From an uncultured Micavibrio sp. (GTDB lineage Bacteria > Pseudomonadota > Alphaproteobacteria > Micavibrionales > Micavibrionaceae), in NCBI GenBank assembly GCA_964350435.1, contig CAYGJS010000003.1, positions 39,168 through 103,167 of the forward strand: a stretch of 64,000 nt of DNA, read 5' to 3'. A program made the position numbers and the translations under genes. Within the stretch, counting starts at the first letter, position 1. Every line of letters begins with the position of its first letter. This document shows, one piece after another, positions 10,540-22,578 of the stretch. Under the pieces are notes generated by a model. It was given only the letters and a program-made list of their open reading frames with translations, did not search any database and was not told where the DNA came from.

Positions 10540-12426
10540 TTATTGACTGTCTTGCGCGCTATACATTTGCTGAAGCAGTCTCTCGTTGATTTTGGCTTTG
10601 TGTTTTTTGTTTTGGGCGTCGATAAACAGGCCATAGCCTTCGCTGTGCATTTCATTGGCGAGCGCGTCTTTGGTTGCTGTGCGCTCCGCTTCGCTGATGG
10701 TTTCAGGGATGTCCGATGAAACAACTTGCGCCAGCGCGGGGCCGCCATCAAGGTCGATGATAATCGGCTCACCGACGGGGGCTTCAAATATATTGGCCAT
10801 TGCGGCAGGGGTTATCGGGGCTTTGGCGGCATCGGAGCGTTTAAGTGATAGGGTCGAAGATTTTCCTGCGCTTTCGAGTGTTTTTCCACCGAGCAGGATG
10901 GCGGCGCGCAACTCGCCGACTTCTTTACGGTTGTCGAGGCGGCGGTTGTCGATTTTGGCTTGGGCGCGCAGTTGGTCTTTGATGTTTTCAAAAGGCTTAT
11001 AGCTTTTAGGGGTCACGGTGGAGAGTATAATTGCGGCGAGGCGACCATCGGGCAATTCGAAGACCGGAGAGCCTTCGCCTTCCGCCAGTTCAAAGAGCGT
11101 TTTGAATATTTCGGCTTGGGAGGCTTCGAAGTTTTTCAGGACATTCTGGTTTTTTTCATCAAGGCCAAAGCGGTTAATTTTCGGGATATCGATGGTTTCA
11201 ATGTCGAGTTCTTCTTTTAGTTCTTCGGCGGTCAGGCCAGAGGCCAAAAGATCATCGGCTGTGTTAGCGATATCATATTGTGCATCAATGATTTTGTTTT
11301 CGAGGATCTCTTTGCGAAGTTCGTCTTTTACGCTGTCGAAACTTTCGGTTCTTGGCTCTTTAATGTCATTAATGACGGCGACTTGATATCCTAATCCTGT
11401 TTCAACAGGGCCAATGATATCGCCTTTTTTACCTTTGAAAACTGGCGTTTGAAGTTCCGCGTCTATTTCAGATTCAGCGTAGTATTTTGCAGGGAGGTAA
11501 TCCGTGGTGTTGCCGGAAATCTTTTCCAGGGCGTCTTTAAGCGATGTTCCTTTTTTGACGAGTTCGGCGATTTTTATGCCGTCTTCTTCTGTACCGATCA
11601 GAACCTGCTCAACTTTGCGGGTTTCAGGGAATGAATATGCGTTGATGTTTTCATCATAGGTGGCTTTCACTTCGTCGTCGGATACGGCGGTGGTGTTTTT
11701 GATTTGGTCGGTTTTGATGATGACCAACTGGCCGGAGCGCATTTCCGGGATTATGTAGAGTTCTTTGGATTTTTCGTATAGCCCCAGCAGGTCTTCATCA
11801 GAGATTTCGACAGTGCCTTTGTAGTCTTCGTCCTTAAAGTGAATATATTCAATTTTGCGGGTTTCGTTGCTGAGGCGTGCGAGGTCTTCAATCATAAGGC
11901 CGGAGCCGCCCGCGAATCCGGCTTGGATAGATTGGCTGAGTGCGTTGACGGAGATTTCAGTTTTGATGTTATTGACGAGCTGTCCTTGTGAAAGCCCGCG
12001 AGAGCGCAGGATTTGTTCCAAAACTTCGCTGGCGTTTTGGCCAGGCTGAACCATCGGCGCGATTGAGGTTTTAATTTCCTCTGCGATTAATGCGGTTCCC
12101 GGATTTACACCATAATCATTAGCGGCTTGGCGGGCGAGGGAGGTGCGGATTTCTCCTTCGACGATTTGTTTAATGAGACCCGATTGAAGGGCTTGGTCTG
12201 GGGTCATATTATAATTTTGAAGGGTATCGCGCAGTTTGTTGTTAAAAGCTTGCGCGGAAATGGTTTCATTGCCGATTTTGGCGACATCGCCGCTGCTGAC
12301 GCCGCCGCGGAAAAAACCGCCGACATCGGTGAAGACAAGTCCGCCTCCAGCCAGAGCCAGCAGGCCCAGCAAGAAAAACTTTAAAACACCCTTGGATGCG
12401 CCATCGCGCAAAGCTCTCATAACCAC
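10540..12426 (-). CDS. ppiD: SurA N-terminal domain/PpiD-like periplasmic chaperone (peptidylprolyl isomerase family)
   Basis: 628 aa. N-terminal TM segment (FFLLGLLALAGGGLVF), long periplasmic region, and the position next to trpE that is typical for alphaproteobacterial PpiD-like genes. Confidence 0.7.
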   Translation of the reverse strand: MVMRALRDGASKGVLKFFLLGLLALAGGGLVFTDVGGFFRGGVSSGDVAKIGNETISAQAFNNKLRDTLQNYNMTPDQALQSGLIKQIVEGEIRTSLARQAANDYGVNPGTALIAEEIKTSIAPMVQPGQNASEVLEQILRSRGLSQGQLVNNIKTEISVNALSQSIQAGFAGGSGLMIEDLARLSNETRKIEYIHFKDEDYKGTVEISDEDLLGLYEKSKELYIIPEMRSGQLVIIKTDQIKNTTAVSDDEVKATYDENINAYSFPETRKVEQVLIGTEEDGIKIAELVKKGTSLKDALEKISGNTTDYLPAKYYAESEIDAELQTPVFKGKKGDIIGPVETGLGYQVAVINDIKEPRTESFDSVKDELRKEILENKIIDAQYDIANTADDLLASGLTAEELKEELDIETIDIPKINRFGLDEKNQNVLKNFEASQAEIFKTLFELAEGEGSPVFELPDGRLAAIILSTVTPKSYKPFENIKDQLRAQAKIDNRRLDNRKEVGELRAAILLGGKTLESAGKSSTLSLKRSDAAKAPITPAAMANIFEAPVGEPIIIDLDGGPALAQVVSSDIPETISEAERTATKDALANEMHSEGYGLFIDAQNKKHKAKINERLLQQMYSAQDSQ

Positions 12427-12525
12427 GGTACAGATTCCTTTATATAACCCTAAATTCCACCTTGCGCGGGCAAGGCGTTGGCAATAGTTTTGTAAGGTAT
12501 TCTTGTGGAGAAGAAAAGGGAGCAG

Positions 12526-13278
12526 ATGAAAAAATTAATCGTTGGTAACTGGAAAATGAATGGGTCGCGGGACGATGCGCGCGCGCTGATCGCCGATATC
12601 GTCAACAAGGTTGATGGGGATGATGCGCTTTTTAAAACTTGCAAGGTTGTGGTGTGTCCGCCGCTTGTGCATCTGGGCGATGTGCGCCATGCGCTATACG
12701 GTTTTCCGAAGATCAAGTTCGGAGCGCAGGATTGCAGCGCGTATGAAAACGGGGCGCATACAGGGGATATCTCGGCGCAGATGCTAAAAGACGCGGCCTG
12801 TTCCTATATTATTTTGGGTCATTCGGAGCGCAGGCAATATAACGGCGAGACGGATTCGCAGGTGGCGGCGAAGGCTGAGCAGGCGTTGAAGAATGATATT
12901 GTGCCCATTATTTGTATTGGTGAAACTGATGAAGAACGCAAAAGCGGAAAGGCTGAGGCGGTCGTCGGCGCGCAGCTTAAGGGTTCTTTTCCCAAAATGG
13001 GGCAGTTTGACAATATTGTTGTGGCGTATGAGCCTGTCTGGGCGATCGGCACGGGAAATGTCGCAAGCGCGGCGGACGCTGAAAATATGCACGCCTTTAT
13101 TCGTGCGCAGCTTAAGGGATTGGTGGCTGATCCTTCCAAGGTTCGGATATTGTACGGTGGCTCTATGAAGCCAGACAATGCGAAAGAGCTTTTGGCGCAG
13201 CCCAATATTGACGGCGGATTGATTGGCGGGGCATCTTTGATGGCGGATGACTTTATCGCTATTGCCAGAGCGGTTTAA
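12526..13278 (+). CDS. tpiA: triose-phosphate isomerase
   Basis: The ATG at 12526 with a GGGAG RBS gives MKKLIVGNWKMNG. Also HSERR and AYEPVWAIGTG motifs. Confidence 0.95.
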   Translation: MKKLIVGNWKMNGSRDDARALIADIVNKVDGDDALFKTCKVVVCPPLVHLGDVRHALYGFPKIKFGAQDCSAYENGAHTGDISAQMLKDAACSYIILGHSERRQYNGETDSQVAAKAEQALKNDIVPIICIGETDEERKSGKAEAVVGAQLKGSFPKMGQFDNIVVAYEPVWAIGTGNVASAADAENMHAFIRAQLKGLVADPSKVRILYGGSMKPDNAKELLAQPNIDGGLIGGASLMADDFIAIARAV

Positions 13279-13298
13279 ATCCATTAGAAAGCAACTCC

Positions 13299-15273
<1,975 letters not shown>

Positions 15274-15278
15274 AAATC

Positions 15279-15794
15279 ATGAGAGCATCGCGCAGCATCC
15301 TTTTTGTGAGTTTGGTTTTGCTGCTGTCGGCCTGTGCGGATAACCGCAAAGTCCTTATTGATAAAGATTATAAAGTCAAAGAATTGCCAAAAGGCGAGGT
15401 GATTGCCGGCAATCCACAAAGTGCGCCCGTGCCAGATGTCGCGGCAGTTCCGATTGTGGGGGGCGCTGCTTCCCCTTCCCCTTCGACGGTGACGTGTAAG
15501 TTCTTGGATAAAGGCTTGGCGTCCTGGTATGGCCATGAGCTTGCGGGCAATCATACCGCCAATGGCGAGATGTTTAATCCTGATGGTATTTCGGCGGCGC
15601 ATCCGAGTTTGCCGTTCGGCAGCATTGTTCATGTGAAGATGGATAATGGTAAAGGCAATCCGCAAGGGGTAACGGTGCGGATCAATGATCGCGGGCCATT
15701 TGTGAAGGGGCGGATCATAGACCTCAGCTGGGGCGCGGCGAAGAAGCTGGGCATGATGGATACGCAGCCCGTGAAGATTTACCTTTGCCCTTAA
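15279..15794 (+). CDS. rlpA: septal ring lytic transglycosylase RlpA family lipoprotein
   Basis: Lipobox LLLSAC. DPBB domain (ASWYGHELAGNHTANGEMF...RINDRGPF). Confidence 0.85.
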   Translation: MRASRSILFVSLVLLLSACADNRKVLIDKDYKVKELPKGEVIAGNPQSAPVPDVAAVPIVGGAASPSPSTVTCKFLDKGLASWYGHELAGNHTANGEMFNPDGISAAHPSLPFGSIVHVKMDNGKGNPQGVTVRINDRGPFVKGRIIDLSWGAAKKLGMMDTQPVKIYLCP

Positions 15795-16060
15795 CCCATT
15801 CCTGATTGGCCATCTTCGAGATTTTTTAGGGCGGTTATTAATAGGCTTCTGTATGGTTCTTGGATTGGTTTGCTGCCATTAAACATGCGCGTTAGGGCAG
15901 TGCCTTTGAGGCCGGACGCATTGCATAGGGTGTCAAGGTGTCCTTTTTCAGCGGCTTCTCTGACTTGTCTTCTTAACTCGCCGCTACTATTTCCGTGAAG
16001 GGCTCTTGCTTTTACTCTTTTTGCGGCTGCTGCCGCTGGGTCATGTCTTTTTCTTCCCAT
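15791..16060 (-). CDS. hypothetical small basic protein, possible HTH
   Basis: 89 aa ORF with a basic N-terminus (MGRKRHD...KRVKAR) and an HTH-like stretch LDTLCNASGLKGTALTRMFNG. An AT-rich flank follows. No family recognised. Confidence 0.35.
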   Translation of the reverse strand: MGRKRHDPAAAAAKRVKARALHGNSSGELRRQVREAAEKGHLDTLCNASGLKGTALTRMFNGSKPIQEPYRSLLITALKNLEDGQSGMG

Positions 16061-16186
16061 TATATTCTCTACTCAGTTTGCTAGTTAGGTTTAGAATTTA
16101 TGCAAAAGTATTATTCAAAATCAAGAGATTTATGTATAAAAATGATTATGCTTTTAAAAGTGCGTTAAATCTTTTACAACAAGCGC

Positions 16187-17008
16187 ATGAAAACAGTAAA
16201 AATCCAGAATATTGAAATTTCCAATGATAAGCCTTTCACGCTGATTGCGGGGCCGTGTCAGATGGAAAGCCGTGAACATGCGTTTGATATGTGCGGGGCG
16301 TTGGCGGAAATCACATCAAAGCTCGGCATTCCGTTTATTTATAAAACGTCTTTTGATAAAGCCAACCGTACCAGCCTTAAAGGTGTGCGGGGAATGGGGC
16401 TGGAGGCGGCCATGCCTGTATTTGCGGATTTGAAAAAAGAATTCGGTATTCCAATGCTGACCGATATCCATACGGCGGAGCAATGCGCGCCTGTCGCGGA
16501 ATATGTTGATGTTCTGCAAATTCCTGCGTTTTTGTGTCGTCAGACCGATCTTTTGATAGCGGCGGCGAAGACGGGCGCAGTGATTAATGTGAAAAAAGGG
16601 CAGTTTTTGGCACCTTGGGACATGAAAAACGTGGTGGCGAAAATATCGGAAAGCGGCAATGATCAAATCATGCTGACTGAACGGGGCGCGTCCTTTGGCT
16701 ATAATACACTGGTTTCGGATATGCGAAGCTTGCCGATTATGGCGGAAACGGGGTATCCGGTGATTATTGATGCGACCCATAGCGTGCAGCAGCCGGGCGG
16801 GCAGGGCAGTTCTTCCGGCGGGGATCGCACGATGGTTCCTGTTATTGCACGCGCGGCTGTGGCTGTCGGGGTTGCAGGGGTTTTCATGGAAACGCACCAA
16901 GATCCCGATAATGCGCCGTCTGATGGGCCGAATATGGTGAGATTGGACGAAATTTCCGGGGTTTTGGAAACATTGCAAAAACTCGACAAAGTCATAAAAA
17001 CGCGGTAG
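16187..17008 (+). CDS. kdsA: 3-deoxy-8-phosphooctulonate synthase
   Basis: 273 aa. [22 protein letters not shown]-like ([12 protein letters not shown]) and [11 protein letters not shown] motifs. Confidence 0.95.
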   Translation: MKTVKIQNIEISNDKPFTLIAGPCQMESREHAFDMCGALAEITSKLGIPFIYKTSFDKANRTSLKGVRGMGLEAAMPVFADLKKEFGIPMLTDIHTAEQCAPVAEYVDVLQIPAFLCRQTDLLIAAAKTGAVINVKKGQFLAPWDMKNVVAKISESGNDQIMLTERGASFGYNTLVSDMRSLPIMAETGYPVIIDATHSVQQPGGQGSSSGGDRTMVPVIARAAVAVGVAGVFMETHQDPDNAPSDGPNMVRLDEISGVLETLQKLDKVIKTR

Positions 17009-17021
17009 AATAGTAATAGTG

Positions 17022-17038
17022 GGTCAATTTTTTTGACC
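17022..17038 (+). terminator. weak hairpin after kdsA (possible terminator)
   Basis: GGTCAA-ttttt-TTGACC followed by GATTTT. The stem is short (6 bp). Confidence 0.3.
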
Positions 17039-17069
17039 GATTTTGTATGAAGTCAGGAGGCTTCTTAAT

Positions 17070-17618
17070 ATGGCAGTAGCCGGTGCATCCAGATTTTATC
17101 AGTCCGCACTTCTTGCGAATACGCAAGGGCGCCCTGCTGTTGCCTCTACGACTTTGGGCGGAAGTTCGGCGCAAAGCCTTGTTGACGCCGCAAAAGCTTT
17201 CCGCGTTAAGGGTTCTCCCGGTTTGTCCGCCAGTGCCCGTCAGGTTAATGCCAGATTTTTGAGTGCGACGGGCGGTAGCGGCGTTCAGTTGTTTGGGCTT
17301 ACTTCTGGCTCTTCTCAATCTACGGCTGATTTGGCGGCTAAGATTAAAGCTTTGCGGTCTTCGTTGCCTGCCAGTAAAATTTCAGACCTCGTTGTGGCTG
17401 CGGAAAAAGCGCGTGAAGAGGAGCAGGCGAATGCTCTTGAAGAAAGGATTCAGGATGAGGCGATTGCTACGCTTAAAATTAAGCAAGGGATTACTGATGC
17501 TGAATTACAGGAAGAGCTCGATGACCTTGTTCGTATCTTGCGTTTCAAATATGCCGATGAATCTTTGACTACGAAGCAGTCTTTCCGTCGTGGGCAGCTG
17601 CAGAGCGAGAGTGCGTAA
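17070..17618 (+). CDS. hypothetical protein (Ala/Ser-rich N-half, charged helical C-half)
   Basis: ATG at 17070 preceded by a strong AGGAGG RBS. 182 aa. No family recognised. Confidence 0.5.
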   Translation: MAVAGASRFYQSALLANTQGRPAVASTTLGGSSAQSLVDAAKAFRVKGSPGLSASARQVNARFLSATGGSGVQLFGLTSGSSQSTADLAAKIKALRSSLPASKISDLVVAAEKAREEEQANALEERIQDEAIATLKIKQGITDAELQEELDDLVRILRFKYADESLTTKQSFRRGQLQSESA

Positions 17619-17668
17619 GCCTCTTTTCCATCATTTTCCCTCTTAACATTTTTGTCTTTACGGGGTAA

Positions 17669-19015
<1,347 letters not shown>

Positions 19016-19099
19016 AAAAAATTGAATCATTTGAATCGCTTACGTGGATTGTTCTTGATTTGTACATGTTAAAGCACTGAATCAGAATGATTTTTTGAC

Positions 19100-19447
19100 T
19101 TGTCCACAGAATCAGTATGTGATTCACTACTTGTTATGAACTCAATGTCTTCACATTCCATGCTTCTTAAAAATCACATGTTCTTCTTTATATGTGTGAT
19201 CTTGAGCCTTTATTTCGGATATCACGTCCTTCAGGGGGAGCGGGGGATTCTTAGTAATATGTCGCTCAATCGTGAAATAGAAACATTGTCGCAAATGAAG
19301 ACATCTCTGGAAGCCGAGAGGGCCGCGTTAGAGAAAAAAGTTGTGATGATGCGACCTGGAAGTGTGGATAAAGACTTGCTTGAAGAGCAGGTTCGCAGCA
19401 CGCTTGGGTACAGATATAGCAGCGAAGTGACTGTTTTAAGCCATTAA
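19100..19447 (+). CDS. ftsB: septum formation initiator (FtsB/DivIC family) protein
   Basis: Single TM segment followed by a coiled coil (LSNMSLNREIETLSQMKTSLEAERAALEKKV). Conserved eno-ftsB-pdhA order. The start is uncertain (TTG 19100, ATG 19136 and further downstream in-frame ATGs). Confidence 0.7.
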   Translation: MSTESVCDSLLVMNSMSSHSMLLKNHMFFFICVILSLYFGYHVLQGERGILSNMSLNREIETLSQMKTSLEAERAALEKKVVMMRPGSVDKDLLEEQVRSTLGYRYSSEVTVLSH

Positions 19448-19590
19448 ATTGCGCGGTCGTTCAGTTTTGTAAATTTTCCTATCATTTCAATGTGTTGCAC
19501 TGCACAATCTCAGGATTTCGCTGGAGTGTGACTTGAAAATGCGCTATCAAGTCATATCAACTATGGTCAGTTTTTAAATAAGGGGTATCC

Positions 19591-20640
19591 GTGTCCGCCG
19601 CGAAATCAAAAAATACTCAATCCAAGAAGCAGGCTTCCTCGAAGGGTGTTTCAACAAAATCGAATGTTTCCACTGAGCCTACGGTAGAGGATCTCAAAAA
19701 ATATTACCGCGATATGCTTCTTATTCGCCGCTTTGAAGAAAAGGCGGGGCAGCTCTACGGGATGGGGTTGATTGGCGGGTTTTGCCATTTGTATATCGGG
19801 CAAGAGGCTGTGGTGACGGGGATTACTTCGGTGAATGAGCCGCAGGATACGGTTGTGACTGCCTATCGCGATCATGCGCATATGCTGGCCTGCGGGATGG
19901 AGCCGCGCGGCATTATGGCGGAATTGACGGGTCGTGAGGGCGGATATTCGCGCGGTAAGGGTGGATCGATGCATATGTTTTCCAAGGCAGAAGGGTTTTT
20001 CGGCGGCCATGGGATTGTCGGCGCGTCGACGGCGATTGGCACAGGGCTTGGATTTGCGCATAAATATAAGGGCGATAATGGCGTTGCTGTGGCCTATATG
20101 GGGGATGGAGCGTCTAACCAAGGGCAGGTCGCGGAATGTTATAACATGGCCGCGCTTTGGGATTTACCAGTTTTGTTTGTGATCGAGAATAATCAATACG
20201 GGATGGGAACATCCGTTAAGCGGTCTTCTGCGGGGACTTTGTACCGGCGCGGGGAGGGATATGGTATTCCCGGCGAGCAGGTGGACGGCATGGATATATT
20301 CGCTGTTCAGGCCGCTGCGCGTCAGGCGCTTGATTATATTCGCACCGGAAACGGGCCTTATATTTTGGAAGTGATGACGTATCGGTATCGCGGGCATTCT
20401 ATGTCTGACCCTGCGAAATACCGCACGAAAGAAGAGGTTGACGGCATGAAGCAGGATCGTGACCCGATTACGATGATCAAGGATATGCTTCAGGCGCGCG
20501 GGGTTGCCGAGGCGGATATCAAAGAGATTGATAAAGAGATTAAAGAGATTGTGAATGATGCGGCGAGCTTTGCGCAAGAATCCCCCGAGCCTGCGGCGGA
20601 AGAATTATGGACCGATGTCTTGGTTGAGGAGCGTGTGTAA
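19591..20640 (+). CDS. pdhA: pyruvate dehydrogenase E1 component alpha subunit
   Basis: 349 aa. TPP-binding pattern GDGASNQG...NNQYGMGT and YRYRGHSMSDP. Confidence 0.95.
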   Translation: MSAAKSKNTQSKKQASSKGVSTKSNVSTEPTVEDLKKYYRDMLLIRRFEEKAGQLYGMGLIGGFCHLYIGQEAVVTGITSVNEPQDTVVTAYRDHAHMLACGMEPRGIMAELTGREGGYSRGKGGSMHMFSKAEGFFGGHGIVGASTAIGTGLGFAHKYKGDNGVAVAYMGDGASNQGQVAECYNMAALWDLPVLFVIENNQYGMGTSVKRSSAGTLYRRGEGYGIPGEQVDGMDIFAVQAAARQALDYIRTGNGPYILEVMTYRYRGHSMSDPAKYRTKEEVDGMKQDRDPITMIKDMLQARGVAEADIKEIDKEIKEIVNDAASFAQESPEPAAEELWTDVLVEERV

Positions 20641-22080
20641 ATGCCAGTGAATATTTTAATGCCGGCGTTGTCGCCGACAATGACCGAAGGGAATTTGGCC
20701 AAGTGGTTGAAGGCTGAAGGTGACCGTGTGGATGCGGGGGATGTGATCGCCGAAATTGAAACCGATAAGGCCACCATGGAAGTTGAAGCTGTGGATGAAG
20801 GTATTTTGGGTAAAATTCTTGTCGCCGAAGGCACTGAAGGCGTAGCGGTGAATGATGTGATTGCGGTATTGCTGGAAGAGGGCGAGAGCGCGAATGATAT
20901 TGGCGAATATAAAAAGCCCTCACCCAACCCTCTCCCTGAGGGAGAGGGCAATGAAGCTTCGCCCTTAGGCGTTAGCGGAGTGGGCGAGGGGGGCGTTCAA
21001 CAACCTCAAGGGGCTGTGGTAGAAAATCGCGACATTTTATATGCGCAAGGGGTGGTGACACCGCCGCCGCCGTTTGACGAGGCGAGTTTTACCGAAACCA
21101 AGCCGATGACTGTGCGGGATTCTTTGCGTGATGCGATGGCTGAGGAAATGCGCGCCGATGATAGCGTGTATTTGATGGGCGAGGAAGTTGCGGAGTATCA
21201 GGGGGCGTATAAGGTTTCGCAAGGATTGCTCGATGAGTTCGGCGCAAAGCGCGTGATTGATACGCCGATTACCGAGCATGGATTTGCGGGTTTGGCTGTG
21301 GGGTCGGCGATGAGCGGCCTTAAGCCTATTGTTGAATTTATGACGTGGAATTTCGGCATGCAGGCGATTGACCATGTGATTAACTCGGCGGGGAAAACGC
21401 TGTATATGGCGGGCGGGCAGCTTGGGTGTTCGATTGTTTTTCGCGGCCCGAATGGCGCGGCCAGCCGTGTGGGCGCGCAGCACTCGCAGTGTTATGCGTC
21501 CTGGTATGCGCATGTTCCGGGTTTGAAGGTGGTTGCGCCTTGGTCGGCAGCGGATGCAAAGGGTTTGATGAAGGCGGCGATCCGCGATCCGAACCCGGTC
21601 GTGTTTTTGGAAAATGAAATGCTGTACGGCGAAACATTTGATGTGCCAACCGCCGAAGATTTCGTGATTCCTCTGGGGCGCGCGAAGATTGAGCGTGCGG
21701 GCGCGGATGTGACGATTGTTGCGTTTTCTATCATGGTGGGCAAAGCCCTGAAAGCGGCGGAGAAATTGGCGGAGATAGGAATTGATGCGGAAGTGATTAA
21801 CCTTCGCACCATTCGTCCGCTTGATCGGCATACGATTTTGGAGAGCGTCAAGAAAACCAACCGCATTGTGACCTGCGAAGAGGGCTGGCCATTCGCAGGG
21901 ATCGGCGCGGAGATTGCGGCGTTGATCGGCGAGCATGCGTTTGATTATCTGGATGCGCCGCTGGCGCGCGTACACGCCGCCGATGTGCCTTTGCCGTATG
22001 CGGCGAATTTGGAGGCTTTGGCCTTGCCGCAAGTCGATCAAATACTCCAAGCAGCGAAGAAGGTTTGTTATGCCGATTGA
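20641..22080 (+). CDS. pdhB: pyruvate dehydrogenase E1 component beta subunit with N-terminal lipoyl domain
   Basis: 479 aa. Lipoyl domain ([13 protein letters not shown]), Pro/Gly-rich linker, transketolase-like pyrimidine-binding and C-terminal domains. Confidence 0.95.
   Translation: MPVNILMPALSPTMTEGNLAKWLKAEGDRVDAGDVIAEIETDKATMEVEAVDEGILGKILVAEGTEGVAVNDVIAVLLEEGESANDIGEYKKPSPNPLPEGEGNEASPLGVSGVGEGGVQQPQGAVVENRDILYAQGVVTPPPPFDEASFTETKPMTVRDSLRDAMAEEMRADDSVYLMGEEVAEYQGAYKVSQGLLDEFGAKRVIDTPITEHGFAGLAVGSAMSGLKPIVEFMTWNFGMQAIDHVINSAGKTLYMAGGQLGCSIVFRGPNGAASRVGAQHSQCYASWYAHVPGLKVVAPWSAADAKGLMKAAIRDPNPVVFLENEMLYGETFDVPTAEDFVIPLGRAKIERAGADVTIVAFSIMVGKALKAAEKLAEIGIDAEVINLRTIRPLDRHTILESVKKTNRIVTCEEGWPFAGIGAEIAALIGEHAFDYLDAPLARVHAADVPLPYAANLEALALPQVDQILQAAKKVCYAD
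22070..22078. repeat. left copy of the direct repeat ATGCCGATT (putative target-site duplication)
   Basis: ATGCCGATTgA at 22070-22080 against ATGCCGATTaA at 22568-22578. Confidence 0.7.
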
Positions 22081-22567
22081 TTGTTCAAACGCGGAGATAC
22101 AGAGAAGCGGAGTGGTCTTATTGTAATGTCCAGTGTGCTTCGTAAGTATGATGATTTTTCATCTGATATGAATGTTCTGTCGGGCGCGATTGTTGATTGT
22201 GCGTTTCAGGTTCATAAAGAGCTTGGCCCCGGGTTTCTTGAAATGAATTATGAAGATGCCTTTGTTTATGAACTGGGATTAAAGGGTTTAGCATTTGAGC
22301 GCCAAAAACCTCTCAAAATTCCGTATAAAGAGGTTGTTCTTCATTCTGAGTTTCGTTTTGATCTGTTGGTTGAGGGAAGGGTTTTGGTTGAACTGAAAGC
22401 TGTGGAGAAAATTCATCCTGTTCATCAGGCTCAGATTTATGCCTATTTAAAAGCTACGCGGATTGAGCTGGGGCTTTTGATTAATTTTAATGTTCCACTT
22501 ATTAAGGATGGAATTGGCCGTTATGTGCTCCGAAACTCTGAAACTCCGCGTTTAAAAAAGGAAAATC
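22079..22567 (+). mobile_element. putative inverted-repeat-bounded cassette carrying GxxExxY gene 1
   Basis: Flanked by the ATGCCGATT direct repeat. Imperfect terminal inverted repeats AAACGCGGAGaTaCAGAG (22087-22104) and CTCTGaAaCTCCGCGTTT (22536-22553). CGGAG/CTCCG subterminal repeats are spaced 16 nt apart at both ends. The interior looks more AT-rich than the pdh genes. Confidence 0.5.
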
Positions 22568-22578
22568 ATGCCGATTAA
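22126..22578 (+). CDS. GxxExxY family protein (PD-(D/E)XK nuclease-like fold)
   Basis: GPGFLEMNYE (GxxExxY) and DLLVEGRVLVELK (D...ExK). ATG at 22126. The track ORF starts at the TTG at 22081. The last 15 aa are encoded by the right inverted repeat plus the duplicated junction. Confidence 0.85.
   Translation: MSSVLRKYDDFSSDMNVLSGAIVDCAFQVHKELGPGFLEMNYEDAFVYELGLKGLAFERQKPLKIPYKEVVLHSEFRFDLLVEGRVLVELKAVEKIHPVHQAQIYAYLKATRIELGLLINFNVPLIKDGIGRYVLRNSETPRLKKENHAD
22568..22576. repeat. right copy of the direct repeat ATGCCGATT (contains the pdhC start codon)
   Basis: Identical 9-mer to 22070-22078. Confidence 0.7.

Noticed and set aside
12460-12475. Hairpin CCTTGC-gcgg-GCAAGG in the ppiD/tpiA divergent intergenic region.
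   Set aside because: The stem is short (6 bp) and has no flanking T-run. It lies between two divergent starts, where a terminator makes no sense. It could be an operator, but there is no supporting evidence.
19448-19590. 143-bp ftsB-pdhA spacer containing TGCAcTGCA. It was checked for a tRNA, sRNA or PdhR-type operator.
   Set aside because: No cloverleaf-compatible arms and no terminator. The palindrome is short, and I know of no PdhR-type regulation here that would support an operator call.
20030-20050. Sigma-54-like TGGCAC-N5-TTGG motif, of interest because ntrX is nearby.
   Set aside because: It lies inside the pdhA coding sequence. The -12 element is TTGG, not TTGC. No gene start lies downstream.
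21037-22050. 337-aa minus-strand ORF antisense to pdhB. Similar long antisense ORFs lie at 26418-27401, 60540-61433, 13936-14664, 38208-38888, 32528-33277, 34093-34716 and 16316-16978.
   Set aside because: All lie opposite confidently identified genes. Their products are Arg/His/Pro/Asn-rich low-complexity sequences with no recognisable motifs. They are typical shadow ORFs of the coding strand.
22078-22128. pdhB and GxxExxY gene 1 are in the same frame, separated by a single TGA with no further stop. This raises the possibility of a read-through PdhB-GxxExxY fusion.
   Set aside because: Frame coincidence has a one-in-three chance, and only 15 codons are involved. No read-through context or SECIS-like structure is seen. 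A normal ATG at 22126 is available. It is worth remembering only if proteomics shows a fusion.
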